This document shows positions 6,941 to 16,513 of a DNA stretch of 37,178 bases, in pieces. Source of the stretch: a virus (Duplodnaviria; Caudoviricetes); IMG/VR virus record IMGVR_UViG_3300043391_000059, positions 1 through 37,178 of that record, one strand, 5' to 3'. How positions within the stretch are numbered: the stretch's first letter is position 1; each line of letters opens with the position of its first letter. A program made the translations under genes and the position numbers. The notes beneath the pieces were generated by a model. The model was not told the DNA's origin. It ran no database searches and saw only the letters and a list, made by a program, of their open reading frames with translations.

Positions 6941-8533
6941 ATGCCAATAAACAAAAAAGCAAAAGATATTTTAGATAGATATGGTTCATTAAGAACTCAA
7001 AGACAAACTTGGGAGTCGCATTGGCAAGAAGTTGCAGATTATATGCTTCCTAGAAAAGCAGATATTACTAAATCAAGAAGTCAGGGAGATAAGAGAACCG
7101 AATTAATTTTTGATGGTACAGCAACTCATTCTTTAGAATTGTTAGCAGCATCACTTCATGGAATGTTAACTTCAACTTCATCGCCATGGTTTTATTTAAA
7201 ATTTAAAGATGATGAAGTTAATAGTGATGATGATGCAGTACAATGGTTAGAAAAATGTACTGGCTCAATGTATCAAGCTTTTAACCGATCAAATTTTCAA
7301 CAAGAAATATTTGAATTATATCATGATCTAATTGCTTTTGGTACCGCAGCATTATTTATATCTGAAGATAACGAAAACGATTTAAGATTTAAAAATATTC
7401 ATATTTCAGAAATATTTATTACTGAAAGCGAAACTGGAATTGTTGACAGCTTAACTAGAAAATTTAAATTAAAAGCAAGAAACATAACAAGCATGTTTCC
7501 TAAAGCACAGCTTCCTAATGAATTAAAAAAATTAATTGAAAATTCTCCACAAGATGATGTTTCAATTATTCATAGTGTTTATCCTAATACAGAATATGCA
7601 GAACCAGGTTCATCTAAAAGATTTATTTCTTGTTATGTTCATGAAGCTTCAGGAGCATTGTTATCTGAAAAAGGATTTGCAGAATTTCCTTATGCAGTTC
7701 CAAGATATTTAAAATCTTCAAACGAAATTTACGGAAGAAGTCCAGCAATGAACGCATTGCCAGATGTTAAAATGTTAAACACAATGTGTAAGACTTCTAT
7801 TCGTGCAGCTCAAAAACAAATAGACCCACCTTTAATGGTTCCAGATGATGGCTTCTTAATGCCTATTAGAACTGTTCCAGGCGGTTTAAATTATTATAGA
7901 TCAGGAACAAGAGACAGAATTGAACCTTTAAACATTGGAGCTAACAATCCAGTTGGTAACCAAATGGAAGAACAAAGAAGAAAACAAGTTAGAGAAAACT
8001 TTTTTGTAGATCAGTTAATTACTTCTCAGGGTCAAACAATGACTGCAACAGAAGTTGTGCAGCGTAATGAAGAAAAAATGAGAATACTTGGTCCAGTTCT
8101 TGGCAGATTACAGTCTGAATTATTACAGCCACTTATTACTCGTTGCTTTAATATTTTAATGAGAAATAAAAAATTTCCAGAAATGCCTGCGATGTTAGGT
8201 AATACAAATATTGAAATTGAATATGTATCTCCATTAGCTAAAGCTCAAAAAACTGGAGAGCTGCAAGCATTAATGAGAGGCTTTGAAATATTTGGAAGTT
8301 TACAAAACGTTGCTCCTGTATTTGATTATTTAGATACAGACGCTGTAGTTACTTACATTAAAGACGTTTTAGGTTTCCCTGCAAAGATTTTGAAAACGAA
8401 GTCGCAAGTAGGAGCAATAAGAAAACAAAGACAAGCTGAACAGCAACAACAGATGCAATTACAACAAATGCAACAAGTTGCTCAAGCAGCTGGTCAAGCC
8501 GCTCCCGCTGCAAAAGTTTTAATGAATGAATAA
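6941..8533 (+). CDS. Portal (head-tail connector, T7 gp8/BPP-1 type)
   Basis: IFDGTA; EIYGRSPAMNALPDVKML; MTATEV..RNEEK..LGPV..RLQ.ELL.P; YVSPLA.AQ. Confidence 0.95.
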   Translation: MPINKKAKDILDRYGSLRTQRQTWESHWQEVADYMLPRKADITKSRSQGDKRTELIFDGTATHSLELLAASLHGMLTSTSSPWFYLKFKDDEVNSDDDAVQWLEKCTGSMYQAFNRSNFQQEIFELYHDLIAFGTAALFISEDNENDLRFKNIHISEIFITESETGIVDSLTRKFKLKARNITSMFPKAQLPNELKKLIENSPQDDVSIIHSVYPNTEYAEPGSSKRFISCYVHEASGALLSEKGFAEFPYAVPRYLKSSNEIYGRSPAMNALPDVKMLNTMCKTSIRAAQKQIDPPLMVPDDGFLMPIRTVPGGLNYYRSGTRDRIEPLNIGANNPVGNQMEEQRRKQVRENFFVDQLITSQGQTMTATEVVQRNEEKMRILGPVLGRLQSELLQPLITRCFNILMRNKKFPEMPAMLGNTNIEIEYVSPLAKAQKTGELQALMRGFEIFGSLQNVAPVFDYLDTDAVVTYIKDVLGFPAKILKTKSQVGAIRKQRQAEQQQQMQLQQMQQVAQAAGQAAPAAKVLMNE

Positions 8534-8735
8534 AGAAATAAACGACAATATAAAAATATTTCAACGAGTTTTTAAATCCCCAGACGGCGAAAAAGTTTTG
8601 GAAGATTTAGAAAAGAGATGCAATGTTTTCACGACTTCTTTTAGTAACGACAGTCATGAAACTGCATTTAGAGAGGGACAACGTAGTGTTGTTCTTTTCA
8701 TTAAATCAACACTCAAAAAACAACCAAAGGAGTAA
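8526..8735 (+). CDS. Bbp19-like small protein
   Basis: F.SPDGEKVLEDL...TAFREGQRSVV, between portal and scaffold. Confidence 0.8.
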   Translation: MNKEINDNIKIFQRVFKSPDGEKVLEDLEKRCNVFTTSFSNDSHETAFREGQRSVVLFIKSTLKKQPKE

Positions 8736-8739
8736 ATAA

Positions 8740-9597
8740 ATGAGTAGTGAAATACAGGCAACACAAACGGAACAGCAAACGATTGTGTCTGAAGTACCTA
8801 CAACTAATGCTGCGACAACAACATCAACTTCAGTAGACTGGAGATCAGGTTTACCAGAAGAATTAAAATCAGAAAAATCTTTATCTAGTATTACAGATAT
8901 TGCTGGTTTAGCAAAAAGTTATGTTCATGCACAAAAATTAATTGGCGCTGATAAAATTCCAGTTCCAAATAAACATGCAACTGAAGATGACTGGAACGCA
9001 GTATATGAAAAACTTGGTAGACCAAAATCAGCCGAAGAATATAAATTAAATGTTCCTGATAATATTAAGTCAGATGAAACAGGTATTAAAAACTTTTCAT
9101 CTACAGCTCATAAATTAGGATTACTTCCTAGACAGGCAGAAGGTATTTTAAAATACTATTCAGATTTATCTGCAGCCGCTATGAATGATGCTAATACTAA
9201 AGCAATGACTGGTAGAAAAGGTGCAGAAGAAAACCTTAAACAAGAATGGGGTGCTGCATATAATCAAAAATTAGAAGCTGCTGGCAAAGTATTTAAAGAA
9301 TACGTTGGTGCAGATTATCAAAATCTAATTTTACAAGATGGAACAAAACTTGGAGATAACCCAGCAATTGCTAAAGCGTTTGCTAAAATAGCCGAGTCTT
9401 TAGGAGAAGATAAGTTAGTGTCTAATACTGGACCAAACTATATGACTCCAAATGAAATTCAAAAACAACTTAATGAAATAACAGCTCCAGGAACTGCTTA
9501 TCATAATAAGTATCATCCAAATCATGATGCTGCTGTTCAAGAGGCTTTTCAATTAAGAGAAATGCTACATCCTAATAAAATAAAGGCTAAAGCATAA
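8740..9597 (+). CDS. Capsid scaffolding protein
   Basis: DWR..LPEEL; LAKSY..AQK.IG; KLGRP; L..EWG; position before the capsid gene. Confidence 0.85.
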   Translation: MSSEIQATQTEQQTIVSEVPTTNAATTTSTSVDWRSGLPEELKSEKSLSSITDIAGLAKSYVHAQKLIGADKIPVPNKHATEDDWNAVYEKLGRPKSAEEYKLNVPDNIKSDETGIKNFSSTAHKLGLLPRQAEGILKYYSDLSAAAMNDANTKAMTGRKGAEENLKQEWGAAYNQKLEAAGKVFKEYVGADYQNLILQDGTKLGDNPAIAKAFAKIAESLGEDKLVSNTGPNYMTPNEIQKQLNEITAPGTAYHNKYHPNHDAAVQEAFQLREMLHPNKIKAKA

Positions 9598-9646
9598 TAA
9601 AGAATTTACTTGATAAAGTTTAATAACTTTATTAAGCGAATAAAAT

Positions 9647-9740
9647 TCGGATAATCGTAAGACCCGATTGGCGCTTTGGAAAGACAAAGCAACGAGAGTT
9701 GTAAAATCAAGGATTGCGACCCTTACAGGATAATCGTTCC
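9647..9740 (+). ncRNA. Structured cis-regulatory RNA in the capsid-gene leader
   Basis: Four stem-loops and a three-way junction, with GUAA and GAGA tetraloops and two AUAA/C internal loops; folded by eye. Confidence 0.6.
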
Positions 9741-9783
9741 GCATATCACAAAAAATAAACAAACAACTAATGGAGACAAATAA

Positions 9784-10656
9784 ATGTCAACTCAAATAAC
9801 TACAGCTTTCGTTGAGCAGTATTCTGCCAACGTAACTATGTTAGCACAACAAATGGGTTCCGTACTTCGTTCAGCTGTTGATGTGGAAACAATTAAAGGA
9901 AAAAATGCTTTTTTTGACCAAATCGGTAGCGTAACAGCGCAAGTAAGAAGCTCTCGTCATGGTTCAACACCTCAATTAGACACGCCTCACTCAAGAAGAA
10001 GAGTAAGCTTGGCTGATTATGAGTGGGCTGATCTCATTGATGATTTAGATAAAGTAAGAATGTTAATTGACCCAACTTCTGCCTATGCAAAAGCTGCTGC
10101 TGCTGCAATGGGAAGAGCTATGGACGATGTTATCATTACTGCTTTAGGTGGTTCAGCAGACACAGGCGTTGCCGGTGGTACAGCTGTTGCACTTCCTTCT
10201 TCACAAAAAGTATCTACTTCTGCTCAAGCAGATGGTTCTGGTTTAACAATTGCTAAATTAAGATCAGCTAAGTTTATCTTAGATAGCAACGATGTTGACC
10301 CATCAACACCTAGATACATTGTAGTTAGTCCAAAACAAATTCAAGATTTGTTAGCGACTACAGAAGTAACTTCAAGCGATTTCAACACAGTTAAAGCTTT
10401 AGCAACTGGTACTTTAGATTCTTTCTTAGGATTTAAATTCTTAGTTTCTAACAGATTAGCATTAGCTAATACTGATGACAGACTTGTGTACGCTTTCTCT
10501 GCTGATGCTATTAAATTAGCAATCGGTAAAGATGTTACAGCGAGAATAGATGAGAGAGCAGACAAATCGTATGCTACTCAAGTTTACTACTCAATGGCAA
10601 TTGGAGCTACAAGAATGGAAGAAAAAAAGGTAGTTGAAATACCTTGCGACGAATAA
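9784..10656 (+). CDS. Major capsid protein
   Basis: MSTQITTAFVEQY..NV.ML.QQ.GS.LR; DTPHSRR; AMGRAMD; SSDFNTVKAL; FLGFKF; GATRMEE; SD GGAG. Confidence 0.95.
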   Translation: MSTQITTAFVEQYSANVTMLAQQMGSVLRSAVDVETIKGKNAFFDQIGSVTAQVRSSRHGSTPQLDTPHSRRRVSLADYEWADLIDDLDKVRMLIDPTSAYAKAAAAAMGRAMDDVIITALGGSADTGVAGGTAVALPSSQKVSTSAQADGSGLTIAKLRSAKFILDSNDVDPSTPRYIVVSPKQIQDLLATTEVTSSDFNTVKALATGTLDSFLGFKFLVSNRLALANTDDRLVYAFSADAIKLAIGKDVTARIDERADKSYATQVYYSMAIGATRMEEKKVVEIPCDE

Positions 10657-10673
10657 TCATTCGTTAATTCTTT

Positions 10674-10702
10674 AGGGGTGGGGGAGCAATCCCCCATCTT
10701 TT
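10674..10702 (+). terminator. Rho-independent terminator after the capsid gene
   Basis: GGTGGGGGA-GCAA-TCCCCCATC followed by TTTT. Confidence 0.85.
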
Positions 10703-10705
10703 AAA

Positions 10706-10912
10706 ATGAAAACAATAAAAGAAATTGAGTCTGTAATACATTTTCAAAAAGGAGATTATATTTACAGATACATATTAGTAGACAGATTTAAACATACACA
10801 AAACGCTCATCATGGTTTTGATAAAAAACTAGAAATGACTGAAGCAGAAATTTTTGAAAACTTAAAACCAAGAACTTTAAAAAGAAAATATATTTATAAA
10901 CCGGAGAAATAA
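10706..10912 (+). CDS. Hypothetical protein
   Basis: Fills the gap between the terminator and the tail tube gene. Confidence 0.7.
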   Translation: MKTIKEIESVIHFQKGDYIYRYILVDRFKHTQNAHHGFDKKLEMTEAEIFENLKPRTLKRKYIYKPEK

Positions 10913-10915
10913 CTA

Positions 10916-11497
10916 ATGGCATCAATAGTAGAAATTTGTAACTCAGCTTTAAACCAATTAGGAGCTAGTACAATTTTATCTTTAACTGAAAATTCTAAAA
11001 ACGGAAGAATTTGTAATTCAAGATATGATACAGTAAAAGACGCTGTATTAAGATCTCATCCATGGAATTGCGCAACTAAAAGACAAATCTTAGCTCAAGA
11101 CACAGATACTCCAGCATGGGGATTTGTTTATCAATACACTTTACCTTCAGACTGTTTAAGAGTTTTAGCAATTGAAAATTATGACAGCGATTACAAAATA
11201 GAAGGAAGAAAAATTTTATCTAACGATTCTGAAATTAGTTTAATTTATATTTCAGCAATCTCCGACCCAAATGAAATGGATGTTTTATTAAGAGAAGTTA
11301 TTGGTTCAGCTTTAGCTGCTGATATTGCTTATGCAGTTACAGCTAACGCATCAATTTCACGTCAGATGGAAGAACGTTATTTACTTAAATTAAAAGACGC
11401 AAGACACGCAGATGCTAGCGAAGGTTATAATACAGACCCTACACTAGGAAACGTAGATCAAATTCTTGCAGAAGATTACTTAAACAGTAGGTTTTAA
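10916..11497 (+). CDS. Tail tubular protein A / adaptor (T7 gp11-like)
   Basis: SIVEICNSALNQLG; LRSHPWNCA; Y.LPSDCLRV. Confidence 0.9.
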   Translation: MASIVEICNSALNQLGASTILSLTENSKNGRICNSRYDTVKDAVLRSHPWNCATKRQILAQDTDTPAWGFVYQYTLPSDCLRVLAIENYDSDYKIEGRKILSNDSEISLIYISAISDPNEMDVLLREVIGSALAADIAYAVTANASISRQMEERYLLKLKDARHADASEGYNTDPTLGNVDQILAEDYLNSRF

Positions 11498-13480
11498 ATG
11501 GCTAAAGCATTATTAGCTGTTCCTAGTTTTACTGCTGGAGAATTATCTCCACGCATGGAAGGTAGAACAGATTTTCAAAAATATTATTCTGCAGGAACAA
11601 TTATTGAAAATTTTGTTGTTCAGCCTCATGGTCCAGTAACTAGACGACCAGGAACATATTTTGTTAAAGAAGTAAAAGACAGTACAAAAAAAACTAGATT
11701 AATACCTTTTACTTTTTCTACAACACAAACTTACATTTTAGAATTTGGCAATCAATATATTCGTTTTTATAAAGATAAGGGTCAAATTCAATCTGGCGGT
11801 TCTGCATACGAAATTGCAACTCCATATTTAGAAGCAGAATTATTTGATATTAAATTTGCTCAATCAGCAGACGTTATGTACGTTTGTCATAAAAATTATC
11901 CTGTAAAAAAATTATCAAGAACCGGTCATACAGCTTGGACTTTAACAAATGTTAATTTCACTAAAGGTCCCTACATGGCTGAAAATTTAACAACGACTAC
12001 AATTACAGCCTCTGGAACAACTGGCAGCATAACATTAACTTCAAGCGCAGCTATATTTGCAAGCACAGATGTTGATAGACTAATTAAATTAAATGGTGGT
12101 CATGCAAAAATTACAAACTTTACAAATACAACAACTGTTACTGCTACAACAACTGTTAATCTTACAGCAACTACAGCAACAACCGCTTGGTCTTTAGGAT
12201 ATTTTACAAGTGTAAATGGTTATCCATCTACAGTTTCATTTTTTGAACAACGTTTAGTATTTGGCGGTTCAACTTTATTTCCTCAAACACTTTGGTTTTC
12301 TAAATCTGGAGATTATGAAAATTTTGAAAGTGGAACTGATGATGATGATGCAATGACTTATACAATTGCATCAAACCAAGTTAATGCAATTACTTCTTTA
12401 AAAGCAACACGAACATTAATTGTAACTACAACAGGTGGAGAATTTACAGTAACTTCTGGAGCTACCCAAGATGCGGTAACTCCAACAAATTTAAATATTC
12501 GTAAGCAATCAAATTATGGAGCTGCTTATGTTGATGCTCTATCAATTGGTAACCAAACTTTATTTTTACAAAGAGCAAAAAGAAAAATTAGAGAACTTGC
12601 ATATAATTTTGATTCTGATGGTTATTTAGCGCCGGACCTATGTATTTTATCTGAGCATATTACTAATAGCGGTATTGTTGCTATGGATTACCAACAAGAA
12701 CCTTTCAGTATTGTTTGGTGCGTAAGAACAGACGGAGTTTTAGTTGGAATGACTTACAACAGAACTCAAGATGTTGTTGCTTGGCATAGACAAATATTTG
12801 GTGGTTCATTTAATGGTGGTAATGCAGTTTGTGAAAGTGTTTCAGTAATTGATGGAGTAGCAGGAGAAGATGAAGTTTGGTTAATTATTAAACGTACAAT
12901 TAACGGAACTACAAAAAGATATATAGAATATTTAACTGATTATGATTTTAATAGTAACTTAACGCAGTTTCATTTTCTTGATAGCGGTCTTTCTTATTCA
13001 GGTGCAGCAACAAGTACATTAACAGGTTTGAATCATTTAGAGGGTCAAACTGTTTCATTAATTGTAAATGGAGCAACTCATCCAACAAGAACTGTAACAG
13101 GCGGTTCTATTTCATTAGAGAGAGAAGCTACAACTGCAAAAGTTGGTTTAAATTATGTGTCAACACTTCAAACAATGAGATTAGATGAAGGATATAAAGG
13201 AACAGATCAAACTAAAACAAAAAGAATTTTTGACGTTACTGTAAGATTTTACGAAACAGTAGGAGCTAAGATTGGTCCAAACGCCAATACATTAGATGAG
13301 ATACCATTTAGAGATAGTTCTGCTCCAATGAGTAGTCCAGTTCCATTATTTACAGGAGATAAAGAATTAGAATTTCCTGCTGATTATGGTTCTGATGGAT
13401 TTGTAATGGTTAAACAAGAACAGCCTTTGCCAATGACTATACTTGCAATTTATCCAAGATTAGAAACGTGGAATGATTAA
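11498..13480 (+). CDS. Tail tubular protein B / nozzle (T7 gp12-like)
   Basis: SFTAGELSP; RRPGT; RLIPF.FS; QSADV; YPSTVSFFEQRL; VVAWHR; PLPMTILAI. Confidence 0.92.
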   Translation: MAKALLAVPSFTAGELSPRMEGRTDFQKYYSAGTIIENFVVQPHGPVTRRPGTYFVKEVKDSTKKTRLIPFTFSTTQTYILEFGNQYIRFYKDKGQIQSGGSAYEIATPYLEAELFDIKFAQSADVMYVCHKNYPVKKLSRTGHTAWTLTNVNFTKGPYMAENLTTTTITASGTTGSITLTSSAAIFASTDVDRLIKLNGGHAKITNFTNTTTVTATTTVNLTATTATTAWSLGYFTSVNGYPSTVSFFEQRLVFGGSTLFPQTLWFSKSGDYENFESGTDDDDAMTYTIASNQVNAITSLKATRTLIVTTTGGEFTVTSGATQDAVTPTNLNIRKQSNYGAAYVDALSIGNQTLFLQRAKRKIRELAYNFDSDGYLAPDLCILSEHITNSGIVAMDYQQEPFSIVWCVRTDGVLVGMTYNRTQDVVAWHRQIFGGSFNGGNAVCESVSVIDGVAGEDEVWLIIKRTINGTTKRYIEYLTDYDFNSNLTQFHFLDSGLSYSGAATSTLTGLNHLEGQTVSLIVNGATHPTRTVTGGSISLEREATTAKVGLNYVSTLQTMRLDEGYKGTDQTKTKRIFDVTVRFYETVGAKIGPNANTLDEIPFRDSSAPMSSPVPLFTGDKELEFPADYGSDGFVMVKQEQPLPMTILAIYPRLETWND

Positions 13481-13919
13481 TATTATTCCTTTTAAATCAG
13501 CTCATGCTGAATACATTTTATCACAAGAGTTAAACGATAAAAAATTAGAGTTAGCGCCACAACATAAAAAATACGCAATGTATTTAGAATATGAAAATGC
13601 TTCCTTTACAGCAATTGTAAATGGTAAGCCAATTGCGGCAGGCGGAATATTTGTTCTTTGGGATAATGTTGCTGAAGGATGGGTTTTAGCAACAAGTGAA
13701 ATTTGGAATTACAAATTAACAATGGCTAAAATTTTTAAAAAAAGAACAGACGTATTAGTAAAAGAAAATAAAATTAAAAGACTGCAAACAGCAGTTAAGG
13801 CAGATTTTGAACTAGGTCATAAATTTGCACAATTTTTAGGATTAGAAAAAGAGGGATTAATGAAACATTATGGTCCCGATGGTTCTGATTACATTAGATA
13901 TGCGAGGATAATGAAATGA
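13473..13919 (+). CDS. GNAT-fold protein (T7 gp13-like position)
   Basis: IAAGG..LW..VAEGW; RLQTAV; FAQFLGLEKEG.M..YGPDG.D. Confidence 0.8.
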   Translation: MINIIPFKSAHAEYILSQELNDKKLELAPQHKKYAMYLEYENASFTAIVNGKPIAAGGIFVLWDNVAEGWVLATSEIWNYKLTMAKIFKKRTDVLVKENKIKRLQTAVKADFELGHKFAQFLGLEKEGLMKHYGPDGSDYIRYARIMK

Positions 13920-14371
13920 GTTTTGTAGGAGATTTATTAGGCGGACAAGCAGCGCGTAAAGCAGCAGATTATAATGCTAGTTTAATAGAACGTGATGCAA
14001 AGTTAAAAGAACAAGAAGGCGATCAGATTTATAAAGTTTATGAGCAATTTGATTTACCTAGATTTAACGATTCAGCAGAAGCAGCAACTGGTGCTGCAAG
14101 AGCTAGTACAGCGGCAAGAGGCGTTGATGTAGGTTCTGGTTCAGCTTACGAAATTGTATTAGAGAATGAAATTAACATGGAACGCGATAGAACCATGATG
14201 AAGTTTAATGCTCAAAACGCAAAAGATAGAAAATATAACGAGGCAACTAACGCAAGAGCAGAAGCTGCAATTCAAAGATACAAAGGTAAAGTAGCACAAA
14301 CAGCAAGTTATTTTAATGCTGCTAGTAGTTTGCTTGGAAATTACAACTCTTGGCAAAAAGCAAAAGGATAA
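13916..14371 (+). CDS. Internal virion / ejection protein (gp14-like)
   Basis: Ala-rich helical protein with AARGVDV.SGS motif; position. Confidence 0.75.
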   Translation: MSFVGDLLGGQAARKAADYNASLIERDAKLKEQEGDQIYKVYEQFDLPRFNDSAEAATGAARASTAARGVDVGSGSAYEIVLENEINMERDRTMMKFNAQNAKDRKYNEATNARAEAAIQRYKGKVAQTASYFNAASSLLGNYNSWQKAKG

Positions 14372-14374
14372 TTC

Positions 14375-16513
14375 ATGGCTATTAAAATATATCAATCACA
14401 AATAAGACCAACTGAACAAATCTCAGAAGTAGCTTCTACTCCTGGAATGAGAATTGACCAAGAGACAGCTCAAACAATTGGTAAATCAGTTAGCAGGTTT
14501 GGAGATACTGCATTTAATACTTATGTAGATATTGAAAAAAGAAAATCAGAAAACGAAGCTCTACAAGAGAGAGAAAAATATTTAGTAGGAGATAAAGAAA
14601 AAGGCGTTAAAGGATTAACTGAAATACGAGAAGAAGCTTCTTTGTATGCTGAGCCAACTGAAGCAAAAAAATTCTATAATGAGCAGTTTGAATTATTAAA
14701 AAATAGCGTTGGTGGAGATTATAAATATTCTTTTACAAAGGATAAATTAAATAACTATTTAGATAAACAAAAAATAGAAGATTTAAACCACGTTGGTATT
14801 CTTGCTACACGAAATTTTATTTCTAATACACAAGAGACAGAAAAAAAATATTTAGAAAATTTAAACAAGAAAGTTGTTTATGGAGAAACTCAAGAAGAGG
14901 TAGACATGGCTACTTCTACTTTTGAAGCTAGAGTTAATTCAGATGAATTTAAAAAAATATTTGGAAAAAATACTCAGAAGGTACTTGATGGTTATTATAC
15001 TGATAGAGATTTTTATACTGCCAAAAGAATGGAAGATAAGGAATTTGGTTCTGGTTTAGAATTTGCAAAGAATAGTAAATATTTAGGAGTAGATAAATAC
15101 GAGCAAATTAATGCTTATAACAAAACTCAGATGGCAATTGTTAAAGCTCAAAACGAGCAAACAGTTTCTACACTTGGTAATGAAGCAGACAATTATATTA
15201 TACCCAATAGAGAAGCTTTAAAAAAAGCTGAGGAAACAGCAGTTAAAACTAAAGATGCTACTTTATTAACTAAGATAAATGAAATTAAAGATAAGACTGC
15301 TTTTCTTACTGAGTTTAAAAATAAACCTAGAGAAGATTTAAATAAATTTTTAGACGATGGTCAAAAGATTTTACAAGCACAACAAAGTGTTACTAAAGAT
15401 GATAAAGGAAATATTATTTCTGTAGCACAAGGTGCAGACCCAGCCTTATATAAAAAAGTAAAATTTGCTCAAGATTATTTAAATAAATTAAATACTGATT
15501 TAGAAAAAGATTCTTTAACAACAGCTAATAAAATTGGTATTCATAATATCCCATCACTTAATACTCAAACATTTTTAGCAAATCCTGGCGATACAGAAAA
15601 CCAAGCTATCTTTGCTGCACAAATTAGAAACAGAACTGCACAAGCTCAGTCGGTTGCTCAATGGTATGGAGTTAAACCTCAGTATTTTACACAACAAGAA
15701 AAAACAGCTTTAACTGATTGGTTAAATAATACTACAAATCCAATTTTAGTTAAAAATGTAACTGCAACTTTAGTTGCAGGTTTTGGAAATAAAGCTGATG
15801 AAGCATTTAAAGAAATATCTAAAGACAATAAAATCTTAGGTCATCTTGGTGGATTGCTTTTAGTTAGTAACAACGAAAAAGCTGCAGATGATCTTTTAAA
15901 AGGTAGAAAATTAATTAAAGATGGTCAAATAAAAGTATTTTCGGACGATGATGTTTCATTTCAATCGTGGAAAAGAAATAACAATAAAATATTTTATAAC
16001 AATCCAGATACTTATAATAGTTCTTTAGAGGCTGCTAAAGCAATTTATATTTCAAGAAAATACGACAAAAGCAAAGACACAAGTGTTTTTAATTCTTCAG
16101 ATTTTAAAGAAGCTTTTGAAGAAGCAATTGGAAGAAACGGCAAAAATGGCGGAGTAGATAATTCATTAGGGTCAGACAATCCTTTGGTTATTCCAGCCTG
16201 GATGAAGAACGGAGATTTTTCTAAAGTTGTAAACAAATTAAAATCAGACCCAGCTTTATTAAGCAAAGCTACAGGGGGAGATTTGCCAATTACCTCAGAT
16301 ATGAAACCTGCAAAATTATTTGAAAGCGGAACACCAACTTTTATTAACGTTGGTTATGGAAAATATATTGTTGCAAAAAATGGTCATCCTTCAAAAACTG
16401 GAAACCCAGGATATTTATTATCAAATAAATTTGATAGCGCAAAAGCAGGAAGTCAACAATATTTTGTTATAGATTTAAATAAAATTCAATCAGAAATTCT
16501 TGGGAGTAAATAA
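14375..16513 (+). CDS. Internal virion / ejection protein (gp15-like)
   Basis: 712-aa helical protein, MAIKIY N-terminus; synteny. Confidence 0.7.
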   Translation: MAIKIYQSQIRPTEQISEVASTPGMRIDQETAQTIGKSVSRFGDTAFNTYVDIEKRKSENEALQEREKYLVGDKEKGVKGLTEIREEASLYAEPTEAKKFYNEQFELLKNSVGGDYKYSFTKDKLNNYLDKQKIEDLNHVGILATRNFISNTQETEKKYLENLNKKVVYGETQEEVDMATSTFEARVNSDEFKKIFGKNTQKVLDGYYTDRDFYTAKRMEDKEFGSGLEFAKNSKYLGVDKYEQINAYNKTQMAIVKAQNEQTVSTLGNEADNYIIPNREALKKAEETAVKTKDATLLTKINEIKDKTAFLTEFKNKPREDLNKFLDDGQKILQAQQSVTKDDKGNIISVAQGADPALYKKVKFAQDYLNKLNTDLEKDSLTTANKIGIHNIPSLNTQTFLANPGDTENQAIFAAQIRNRTAQAQSVAQWYGVKPQYFTQQEKTALTDWLNNTTNPILVKNVTATLVAGFGNKADEAFKEISKDNKILGHLGGLLLVSNNEKAADDLLKGRKLIKDGQIKVFSDDDVSFQSWKRNNNKIFYNNPDTYNSSLEAAKAIYISRKYDKSKDTSVFNSSDFKEAFEEAIGRNGKNGGVDNSLGSDNPLVIPAWMKNGDFSKVVNKLKSDPALLSKATGGDLPITSDMKPAKLFESGTPTFINVGYGKYIVAKNGHPSKTGNPGYLLSNKFDSAKAGSQQYFVIDLNKIQSEILGSK

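Noticed and set aside
9647-9740. Self-cleaving ribozyme or known riboswitch
   Set aside because: No hammerhead CUGANGA/GAAA core or other aptamer consensus was recognised; kept as an unclassified structured RNA.
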